Part shown: positions 1 to 10,022 of the stretch, one piece after another
How the letters are laid out: every line of letters starts with the position of its first letter
Numbering within the stretch: the first letter of the stretch is position 1
From: Hyaloraphidium curvatum SAG 235-1
Taxonomy: Eukaryota; Fungi; Monoblepharomycota
Length of the DNA: 64,000 bases
Assembly (NCBI GenBank): GCA_025558095.1
Contig: JAIVFI010000024.1
Coordinates: 124,001-188,000, forward strand
Direction: 5' to 3'
Program-made: the position numbers and the translations under genes
Notes under the pieces: generated by a model
What the model saw: the letters and a program-made list of their open reading frames with translations, nothing else
Database searches by the model: none
Told to the model about the DNA's origin: nothing

Positions 1-297
1 GAGTACGACGAGGGCCTGCGCGCGCGAAAGATCGCCACCAAGGACCGCTTCAACGACGGTGTGATGCTGTATCAGAAGAAGCAGTTCGCACCCGCGCTGG
101 AGCGCTTCGAGGCGACGCTCGCCGGTGCGGCCGACGACTCGGTGGCACGCATGTACAGGGACCGGTGCCGCAAGATGCTGGAGAAGATTGCGGGGGGATT
201 CAGGGTCGATAACTGGGACGCCGTTGAGGTGTGTTGTTCGCTTCGGTCGCTCCGAACAGGCACTAACGCTCCGGTGCAGGTCATGTACGACAAGTGA
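1..297 (+). CDS. 3' end of a gene, probably an adenylate/guanylate cyclase C-terminal tail (partial; intron 229-279)
   Basis: Open frame from base 1: ...F.DGVMLYQKKQFAPALERF...DSVARMYRDRC...NWDAVE|VMYDK*. This resembles the TPR-like/'WDG' tail of class III cyclases. The in-frame intron has a CTAAC branch point. Confidence 0.5.
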   Translation, partial: EYDEGLRARKIATKDRFNDGVMLYQKKQFAPALERFEATLAGAADDSVARMYRDRCRKMLEKIAGGFRVDNWDAVEVCCSLRSLRTGTNAPVQVMYDK

Positions 298-647
298 CCT
301 CCTGCTCGCGCGAAGGACCGCGCTCAAGATACCCCGGCACGCTTTTGAACATAGCCATTTTGATCATCCCGAGCTGTTGCCTTCTTTACTATGTCTGATA
401 TGTAATGTCGGCTTGAACATCAGCTGAATTTTTGCTTCAATCGCCCTTTCACGCAATCGACCTGGGCCGAGTGCTTTGCCAGAGACGCTCGGGCCCGCCC
501 GAACTCCGCGGTGCAATTCCGCCAATCTGGGCAGCGATCCGCCGCCTAGATCCACGCAGCTCTCTTTGCGGGCTATTTTCAGCCTCTTTCCGCACCATCG
601 TGCCCTCCCGAGGCCTGGCGTAGCGCCCCCCGAGCGCGGAGCCAACA

Positions 648-3141
648 ATGAAGCGCCAACCCGCGAGCAGGCAGAACCTGCTCGAAAAGGCTGGCCGCAC
701 TTTCTCTATCGCCCAGCTCGAAAACAAACGCGGTCGGGTAGTTGCTCTGGCCGCATGGGGCGCCGTGGTCGTCGGAGCCGTGCTCCTCGTGGGTCTCCGT
801 GTTCGCGCCCGCCCCGCCCGCAAGCTCCACGCCAATCTTCTCGACCCCGCAGCTCGCCCTCTTAGTCGGCTTCTCCAATAAGCACGCTGAGCTCCCGTCC
901 CCCCAGGCCCGTGCAGACCTGCTCGCGGAGCTTACTCTTTTCCGCCGCTCCGGCCCGGGCGCAGAGGACCTTCCGCACGCCATGCACGAACCGGGGATGC
1001 TCGCTGGCACCGGTGCTGTGTTCCTCGGGAAGCGATTCGAGGACGCGCTGAAGCTGGGGAGGAGGGAGGTGGAGGTGTCGGTACCCGGTGCGGGGCCGAC
1101 GCAGGGCACTGAGGAGCTCGCCGGGCACTCGGTGGACGAAGGGTTCGAGGTGACCACGGGCCACGTGGAGGGATCTGAAGAAGAGGTGGACCCCGATGGT
1201 GCGCCGACGGTGGCGGACCTCGAGTCGGGGCCGGGCAGCATCATGCGCCCCCAGATCGAGTGGCCCGCGGGCTCCGAACCCGAATTCAACGGCACCGAGA
1301 CGGACGGGGAATTGGGCGCAGAGATTGCCGCCGTGGGAAGCACGAAGCAGACGCGTCCCCGCACGACGAGGAAGTCGACCCGCAGGACAACGACGACCCA
1401 AAGGACGCCGCCGCGATCCACGGCGGTGCCTGTCACCAACCTGCCCGTGAGCAGGGACTTCCGGTGCGGCCAGGGGGCCGGGACCCAGTGTCCCAGCGGT
1501 CTATGCTGCTCGCAGTATGATTGGTGCGGAGTGACCGATGGCCAGTGGGTTTCTGGGTGATCGGCTGTGCTCGGGTTGCGTTGAAGCTGACGTCATCCCG
1601 CGATTACAGCTGCGCACAGGGCTGCCAGCGCGGCTTCGGGCGCTGCAACGGCTTCGAAAACGTCCTTCCACCTGCCCCGCCTGCCCCGCCGTCCCTTCCC
1701 TCTCCGCCTGCACCCCCTGTGCCGTCGCGGCCCCCCGGCCGGGGAGCAGGTGTCGTCATGTACCTCGCCAACTGGGGCCCGCAGGACATCTCCGGATTCG
1801 ACCTGAACGGGATCGACGTCATAAACTACGCTTTCGTCAGCATGAGGCAGGACGGGTCGCTCACGTCCGGCGGGGACTATGCTCGCGGTCCGTCTCACCG
1901 CTTGTTGCTGGCCATCCTTCCCTCATACTCCCGCTCTCGCAGGCGGCATGCAGTACACCCTAAACAAGGTCCTCAAGGACCGCTACCCCGGCCTCCGCAC
2001 CGTGTTTTCGATCGGCGGCTGGACCGATTCGCAGTGGTTCTCGGTGGTCGCGGCCGATCCCACTCGCCGGGCGAGGTTCGCGGACGCTGTGAGGAGCTAC
2101 ATGGTCAACAACAGGTTCGACGGCGTGGACATTGATTGGGGTGGGTGTCGATGAACCTGCCTGCGGACTACAACAAACTGACCGATCGTTGCGTGCAACA
2201 GAGTACCCAGGTCTGATATGGTTGCGGGCATGCACCAGGCTGGGAAGCTACTGACTGGGTACCCGATCGCAGGCGGTGGCGGCCAGCCGGGCAACACGGC
2301 GTCGCAGGACGACGCGCGCAACTTTGTCCTGATGGTCAGAGACATCCGGGACCGGATCGGGCAGGACGCCCTCATCACCGCCGCGGTTTCGGCTGATGTG
2401 TCCAAGCTTGGGAACTACGCCGTGCCGCTGGCCAACTTGTTCGACTGGATCAACGTCGTAAGCACTGTCGTGCGAAGCCACCTATGTCGAAAGCTTAAGA
2501 GCCACTTGCAGATGACTTACGACATGGCGGGTGGATGGTCCGGCAGCTCCGGACTGAACGCCCCGCTGGACGACCAAGCGCGCGCGATGGAGGGATTCGT
2601 CCGGGCCGGGGTGCCCAGGGCCAAGCTGTCAATGGGCCTCGCGTTCTACGGCCGCGGATTCTTCGTCGACAGCGGAACGAACGGAGGCTTGGGACAACGG
2701 ATCACGGGCCTTCCATCGATGGACGGCACGGATGAGTGAGTGATTCGAGATCGCCACTTCGCAAGCAACCGCCGATCTTCCGTTTGCAGGCCCGGCGTCT
2801 GGGCGTGGCGCGGCCTCCGGCGCACCATCTTGGCCGCCGGCCCGACCACGCCGGCCGCGGGATGGCAGCGGACTTATCTGTCGAACCTGCACACGCCGAC
2901 GCTTTGGAACGCCGCGCGGAGGATCTTCGTCGGGTACGACGACACGGTGTCTACCTGCAACAAGGCAAAGTGGGTCAGGGAGCAGGGGTACGGAGGAGGT
3001 GAGAGCATCTGCGCACCAGAGTAGAGCACGGCTTACATCCTGCGGGCACCAGTGATGGTCTGGGAGTTCACGCAAGACTTCAACTCTGAGCTGGCGAGGG
3101 CGACGACAGAGGCGTGGCGAGGGCTCAGGCCGAACTGCTAG
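648..3141 (+). CDS. GH18 chitinase with N-terminal membrane anchor, Thr-rich linker and hevein-type CBM18 (multi-exon)
   Basis: CBM18: CGQGAGTQCPSGLCCSQYDWCG..HCAQGCQRGFGRC. GH18 motifs: INYAF, SIGGW, FDGVDIDWEYPG (assembled through microexon 2202-2210), MTYD, GVMVWE. Stop TAG at 3139-3141. The first exon junction is less certain. Confidence 0.9.
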
Positions 3142-3395
3142 GAATGTGTAGGAGCCCGCGACATTGAATCTCAGGCATCTGCGCGGGGACTAGATTACCT
3201 TCTGCCGTTGCGCGATCCGGAGTCGATCGGTTGTTGTGGCTCAGCGCTGTGTACGTCCGCCGCCGCCGATTCACCCTCTTCTCTCCCCAACTTCGGTCAC
3301 TTGCGAACCGCCAGAGACCGGCACTTGCGGGCGACTGCTTTGGAAGCGACCAAGCGCGGCGCCTGAGCTCCCGGAAAGCCCCGCCGAGGCCTCTG

Positions 3396-4866
3396 ATGAC
3401 CGAAATGGAGGGGAATCGCCACGACGAGGTGTCCACCCAGGACCCCCTCATCCCGGAGCAAGGCAAGGCCAAGAACGAGCCTTACCCCCCCACGGACATG
3501 AGTGCGTCTCCTGCCTTTGCGCGGCCCGGCCCCGGAACCGCCGAGGCTCATTGAGCACCCCTGTCCACGCGGCCGACCCGGCACCTCCAGCCGTGAACTT
3601 CACGACCGCCCAACCGAGCTTTGCGCACGAGATTGCGGTGGTCTCGGGCAAGAGCAACTTCTACGAGCGGTTCTACACCGGTCTCGGCGATATCTTCGGC
3701 ACCCTCGGTGCCATCCCTGGCTGCGTCTGCTTCCCGAACGGTATGGCTCGGCTGCTGAGGGATATATGATTCTCCTCACAACGCCCTACCAGCGTACAAG
3801 GTCGTCCCGCAAGGCACCGTCGGTGAGTGCTCTAGGCAGCCAACGGGCTGCCGTATCTCACGGAGTCCACGCGTCGGCAGGTCTCGTGACCCGCTTCGGC
3901 AAGTTCTACAAGTCCGTCGACCCCGGCCTCCACTACGTCACGCCCATCGTCGAGAACCTGACCCTCGTCGACATCAAGATCCAGACGGAGGAGATCCCGA
4001 GGCAGACCGTGACGACCAAGGACAACGTGTCGATCCAGATCGACAGCGTGCTGTTCTGGCACGTCGTCGACCCCTTCACCGCCGCTTTCCTGTGAGGGTC
4101 TTCCCGTTACGTTTGTCTGTTGTGCTCACGATGAGCTCGGAAACGCAGCGTCGGAGACTTGAAACTGGCACTGGTTGAGCGGACGCAGACCACGCTGCGC
4201 TCGGTCCTCGGCACCAAAGTGCTGCAAGACGCAATTGAGAGTGGGCCTCGGGTCGTTTTACGTTGCGGGGATGGTGGCCGACGTCGATTCTTTCAGACCG
4301 AGACCAGATCGCCCACGAGATCAGCGAGCTCATCGAGGGCCCCGCGTCGGCGTGGGGCGTCCGGGTCGAGAGCATGCTCATCAAGGACCTCGTTTTCTCC
4401 CAGTTTGTATTGCGCCCGATGCCGGCCCGAAGACGGTGCACTGACCGCCTGATCGACAGGGAGCTCCAAGAGACCCTGTCCTCGGCCGCCAAGCAGAAGC
4501 GGATCGGCGAATCCAAGGTCATCCAGGCGCGGGCGGAAGTCGACGCCGCCAAGCTCATGCGGCAGGCTGCCGACGTGCTCAGGTTGGTCCGGCCCGGATC
4601 CGACTGGATGGCCTGCTGACGGTGGTCCCCAGCACCCCGGCGGCGATGCAGATCCGCTACCTGGACACGCTCAGTGCCATGGCTCGGTCGGGCAACAGCA
4701 AGGTTATCTTCGTGCCTGGTCGGTCGCTTGCTTTTCTTGACCGTGGACCGCTCTGACAAATCTCGTCGTTGAAGGTTCTTCCGAGCTAGCCGCCCAATCG
4801 ACGACGTCGAGCTCGCACGTCAACCCGCTCCAGCAGAGCATCACCGGGGAGCTGACGAACGAGTGA
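3396..4866 (+). CDS. Stomatin/SPFH (band 7) family protein, 9 exons
   Basis: Motifs GLVTRFGKFYKSVDPGL, TKDNVSIQIDSV, QTTLRSVLG, WGVRVESMLIKD, AAKQKRIGESKVI, AMQIRYLDTL. Intron phases are consistent through TGA at 4864-4866. Confidence 0.92.
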
Positions 4867-5030
4867 GGCTGAAGGGCACGGCGGGGTGGTGGTCATGCTG
4901 TTATTCTTTCGTTCTCATTGCTCATAGTTCGCTTTCGTCGGCTGAATGGATCTGATTATAGAACTGGATACAATGATCCCTCCTCCTGCACCTTTACATC
5001 CATGGCACAGCATTTCCAATTGGATCGGCA

Positions 5031-5990
5031 CTAAAGTTTCGCCCGCACCGGCGAAATCTCGACGTAGTTCCGCTGCATGAGGCTCTGCACGTCCTGCAGC
5101 AGCTTCTCCACGTCTCCGCCTTTCAGACCCTTGGTCTCGATCGGAGGGAGAACTGGGGCTTTCAAGTCAGTTGAGGGTGATTGCATATGGAACAGTGAAG
5201 CTCACCGCGCACCCGGATCGTCCCGGAATGGAATCGCTTCGCCCGGGAATCGTACAGGTGGGCGTAGTTGGAAATCACGACGGGAACGATCGGCGATCCG
5301 GTCTCGATCGCAACCCGGAAGGCGCCCTTCTTGAAGGGCAACAGCTTGGGCGTCGGCATGCTGGGAAGGACGAGCTTCAGGAACTGGTAACGCGAGACCA
5401 GCCAAGGAAGCCCACTGTGCCCGCGTCCCCTCGGGAAAGATGACGAGGCCGACGTTCTCCTTCATCATCTTGTCGGTCACGTTCTTCATTGTGGCCATGG
5501 CGTTCGCGTGCTCCTGTGCGGCCTGTTCCGCGTCCTCCTTGGCCCCAGTGATGTGGTCGCGCCGGCGAACAAAGGCATGTCCCGCCATAGCGAGGTACCA
5601 CCCGAGGAAAGGTGCCCAGGCTAAGGTGTGCTTGGCCATGACCACGGCTTGCCGCGGGAACAGCCTCGCGATGATCAGCACGTCCAGCTATGCCTGGTGG
5701 TTCGCGACGATCACTCGGCGGCCGCCGTTGACCGAAGGGTCGAGGTTTTCCATCCCCTCGACCTCGAACGAGATCCCGACGAGCGGGCCGACGAAGTGCT
5801 CGAACATGAACCGCGTCGCCTGGTTGGCCTTTTGCGGATCTCCGACGAGCCATGCCAGAGGAGCGGCGACGAGGCTCGAGAAGACGAATGCCACAGTCGA
5901 CAGGCCCGCGAATGCGCTGGCCCGGGCGTAGAACTCGAGCAGCTGTCCGGCCGTCGGCTTCGGCTCCGGCACGCTCTTCGACGCCGCCAT
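5031..5990 (-). CDS. 1-acyl-sn-glycerol-3-phosphate acyltransferase (SLC1/PlsC family) with an in-frame TAG at 5688-5690
   Basis: NHQA*LD (HxxxxD motif), FPEGTR, LPFKKGAF, PIVPVV. Two introns. C-terminus ...RAKL*. Confidence 0.85.
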
Positions 5991-6133
5991 CGCGGGACGA
6001 TGATGCGGAGAATCGACTGCGAATCGATGCGGCCGCGATTATTTGCGGAGGCGCGTTGAGATCGCGTCACGGCTGGGGCCGCGGGCCCGCCAAGTTCCGC
6101 CGGGCCGTCCGGGCCACCCCCATCGATTTCCGC

Positions 6134-7591
6134 ATGGCGTCGCGAGACCGCGAGCTGCGCTGCTTGCGGCGGGACCTGGCCGCGGCCGAGAGGGAGCGGG
6201 ACGCGCTGCGCGGGCGCGTCGCCGACCTGGAGCGCGCCGTCGCCGTGCTGCAGGACGCGCTGGTCCGGGCCAGGGCCCCGATTCGGATCGAGCTGGACGT
6301 GCCGCTGAAGCCGCGTGACGACGTCAGGCCGGTGTTGCCGCCCGAGCTCCTGCTCCAGGTGGCGGAGTGGGCCCTGCTCCGGCCGCCGTCCGGCGAGGAC
6401 GAAATCGTCCTTGAAGATGCGCAGTTGAGGAGGCGGAGGCTGCTCGGCATGGCCATGATGTCGCGGGCTTGCTACCGTCTTCTCGCGCCGCTCCTCGTTT
6501 CCTGTGTCGACGTGGACGCCGTCGCCCTCAAAGGGAAGGCCCTCTTCCGCGCGGTCAGCGGCGTCTCGCACGGATCGCAGGCCAATGCGGTCAGGACCTT
6601 GGTTCTTTCGGAGCAGCGCACGATGAGCGCGCTCGCTTCCGGGGTCGTCTGCGATATTGTGGGACGGTTCACCCGCCTTCGCTCGCTCGAGCTCGGCCTC
6701 TGCGCGTTTGACGACGTCGGGGAGCTCTTTTCCCTGCCGCTGGAGGAGCTCGAAGAGCTCAGACTGGAACTGCGTCCAACGACGTCAAGCACGTTGGAAG
6801 AAGAGTTCGGCGACGAACGCTTTCGATTGCCTCCTTTGCTGCGAAAGCTGACCGTGACAGGACTGGCTTATGCCAGAGTGGTCGCCGCATTTCTCCGGTC
6901 ATGTCACGGGAGGTTGGAACCGGATTTCTGGCTGTTGCTCCGCGCTTTCGACAGCCAGCAGGCGGCGGATGAGTTTGTGGAGCGAATGCCTGACGAGGTC
7001 CTGAGCCTGTGGAAGCGTTTCACCGTCGAGGACTGGCAGCTTTTCTCGGCTCTTGTTGCTCGCCCCTCTTTTCGGCCCGAATCGATCGATGCATCGGGGT
7101 CCGAACCAGACTACAGCGACGAAGCTGCCGACCTCCACGATTTCGAGTGTCTCCTCCTCCTACCCTCCCTCAAGCACCTCCATCTCAACGCGGTGGAAGT
7201 TCGTCCGCGCCTCGGCGACGTGCGCCTGCCCCCGAACCTGCAGACCCTTCGCATCGACAACCTTTGGATCGACAGCGACGACGATCCCGCCAGCGTCGCG
7301 CGGTTCGCGGAGGAACTGCGCCGCCTGCCCGCGCGGCCGGTGCTCACCGTGAACCGATTCTGGGATTCCTTCGTGCGCGACTCCCTGTGGGCGGGACCGC
7401 TCGTCCCCCGGCGGCTGCTCCGGTGCCTCGAGGTGCTGCGGGAATCGGACGCGGCCGACGTGAGGTTCGACGATCTGGTGGAGCTCACGGAATGGGCGTG
7501 TGGGAATGGCATCGGAGGGGCCGGAGACGAGGGCGGTGCCGACTACGGCTTGGGGCTGGAGGCCGAGGATGCGGGGCTCCTCGTAGAATGA
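6134..7591 (+). CDS. Coiled-coil + F-box-like + LRR-like protein, intronless
   Basis: N-terminal coiled coil, F-box-like LPPELLLQVAEW, then LxxLxL repeats (LRSLEL, LEELRL, LRKLTV, LKHLHL, LQTLRI). Confidence 0.7.
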   Translation: MASRDRELRCLRRDLAAAERERDALRGRVADLERAVAVLQDALVRARAPIRIELDVPLKPRDDVRPVLPPELLLQVAEWALLRPPSGEDEIVLEDAQLRRRRLLGMAMMSRACYRLLAPLLVSCVDVDAVALKGKALFRAVSGVSHGSQANAVRTLVLSEQRTMSALASGVVCDIVGRFTRLRSLELGLCAFDDVGELFSLPLEELEELRLELRPTTSSTLEEEFGDERFRLPPLLRKLTVTGLAYARVVAAFLRSCHGRLEPDFWLLLRAFDSQQAADEFVERMPDEVLSLWKRFTVEDWQLFSALVARPSFRPESIDASGSEPDYSDEAADLHDFECLLLLPSLKHLHLNAVEVRPRLGDVRLPPNLQTLRIDNLWIDSDDDPASVARFAEELRRLPARPVLTVNRFWDSFVRDSLWAGPLVPRRLLRCLEVLRESDAADVRFDDLVELTEWACGNGIGGAGDEGGADYGLGLEAEDAGLLVE

Positions 7592-8320
7592 TCGAATCGT
7601 CAAGAGACCCAATAGATGGCTACTGACGAATGTCCAGCAGAAGTTGAAAGAGTCTTTGAAGCACAAGCTCGACTTCGGATGGATCTGGCCTTCGCGTCAG
7701 CAAGCTGGGATGAGAGCCAGATCGGACTTCACGCCGGAACGGACGATCATCATGCAGCGCCCAACCGGCCATTTCGGACACATGAAACTGCCTTGGAGAC
7801 GGTTTCTCGAGGCCGGATGATGCTCTCAACGGTACACTCAGGCGCTGTGCGGTGGAGCGGATGTGATGGTGTTCCGCGGGCCCGCTCAAGCCAAAACAGT
7901 CTGCCCATTTTCTCCCACCTCGGACGACCGCGTCGTCCCGCCGCCGCCGCCTCGCTTCCCACCGCCCGCCCGCGCCGCGCTGCGTGCCGGCCCGCCGGCC
8001 CCCCCGCCGCTCGCCCCCTCATGGTGTCGGCCTTTGCGGTCCGCCCGCGCTTCGAGATCCCCTCCGTCGCCTTCGCCGCGCGCGCCGCGCCCCGCGTAGG
8101 CCTGCCGGGCTTTGCACTCTTCTGCGGCGGAGAGCTCCTCGACCCGGGTGCGGATCGCGCCGCGCTGACCCGCCGGCCTCGCTGACCCGCCGTCCAGGCT
8201 AAATCCGCTGCCCGCTCGGATCCGGGCTCCCGCCGGCCTGCCCCGCTCCGCTGCTCCTAGCCGGCGTTCTTTTTCCCCCGCCATCCTCCCCGCCGCCACC
8301 CACTCGCCCATCCGCCGCCA

Positions 8321-9431
8321 ATGTCGTCGGACGCCGCCAAGGTGCCCGAGGCGAAGCCGGCAAAGATGCCGAACATCCCCCTCGCCCGCATCTTCTCCCC
8401 CGTGAACCACAAGAACTTCCGCTTCCTCATCCTTGATTGCCCTACCGACTCGACCCTCCCGGTCTACCTGCAGGTCGGTCGAACCCGTCGACTCATTTTC
8501 TGGGACCGACAACTAACGATTCTGCGGCCTCCAGGAGCTCAAGAACCGCGGCGTCACCGACGTCGTCCGCGTGTGCGAGCCCACCTACAAGAAGGAGCTC
8601 CTGGTGTCCAACGGCATCCAGGTGCACGACTGGCCGTTCCCCGACGGGGGCGTGCCGCCGAAGCAGGTCGTGCACGGCTGGCTCTCGCTGGTGGACGAGC
8701 GGTTCGGGAACGTTCCCGAGCCGCCGAAGGACGCGAAGCCGGGGCAGAACCAGGGGCCGACCATCGTGGGTTCATTTTGTGCGGGATCGCGGCGGCAAGT
8801 GCTGACTCGCATCGCAGGCGGTCCACTGCGTCGCCGGGCTCGGCCGCGCACCGGTTCTGGTTGCCATCGCGCTCATCGAGGCGGGCATGAGCCCGCTCGA
8901 CGCTGTCGAGTACGTGCGCAAGTTCCGCCGCGGAGCCTTCAACTCGGTCCAGATCGGATACCTGTTTGTGCTCCACCTCTGCTTCTCCTTCATCATCATC
9001 TGACCTTTTCTGGCCACTGCAGTGACTCGTACAAGCGCGGCTCCACCGGCGGCCTGAAGAAGCTCCGCATGACCGGCGCCGGCTCCAGCAAGGACCTCGC
9101 CGCCGCCGCCCCACCCTCGGGCGGCTTCTTCAACTCCATCAAGCGCGTCCCGTCCCCCATGGACGAGAAGGCCGGGCGGCGGGGCTCCCCGTCGCCCACT
9201 GGGGACAACCCGAGCGGCGGCTCGGCGTCGGCGCCGCCCGTCGCCGCCGCCGCCGCCGGGAACGGGTACGGCACCGCGGTGCCGGCGGGCCAGGCGGCAA
9301 ACAGCAAGGGCATCGGCTCGTTCTTCCGCTCGTTCGGGAAGAAGGGCGGGTCGCCCACGCCGCCGCCGGCCGCTGCGCCGGGCAATCCGCCGTCGCCGCC
9401 GGGGACGGGCGGGCCGCTGCCGGTTTCTTGA
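8321..9431 (+). CDS. PRL/PTP4A-type protein tyrosine phosphatase
   Basis: [46 protein letters not shown]. Three introns and a low-complexity C-terminal tail. Confidence 0.9.
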
Positions 9432-10022
9432 CTCTCGGGAGAGGATGTCGGCATGGATGAGGGACGGGATGTCGCGGTCCGGCGGAGGGAGGAGCTGGGA
9501 CGGGGAAGGAGGGTCTTGATATGGGTCGGGGATAACTAAGGACCTCTGCTCTGTCGGAAGGATACCTGGTTGGTGTATCTGGTGGATGATAGACATGGTG
9601 AACGGCCCCTATTGCGTCGCCAAATGGCCGTGGCGCTTTCCCGCTCGCCCGGGCCTAAACGGTCGGTGAAGCCCGCACGCACGTCAGCGACGCTACAGCT
9701 CTATCGTCCTCCCTGAGGAACCACGGTGAGGCCGAATCAGCCTGTATAGAAGGGAAGAAATAATACCATCGGTCAGAAGTGCTAGTGGATGCGCGGAACA
9801 AGGTGTCGAGCCACGCCGTTATGTCTTAGACGCGTACTTGCGCCACAAGCCCCGACTGCCCCGACTGGGTTCGATCGTGCTCGATCAGGCACCAGCATTC
9901 GTATCGCCATGGCCGCGCACCTCTCCGCAGCGTCGTCGCCGCTTCCATGCCGACGCAGAGCGCTTCTTTGCTGTGCTCCGCGGCGGCCGTTGGTGCGGTC
10001 CAGCAGGAGTGAGGTCACGGGG

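Noticed and set aside
7616-8185. 189-aa ORF after the F-box-like gene
   Set aside because: No motif and weak codon bias; it runs into the GC-rich promoter/5' UTR of the phosphatase.
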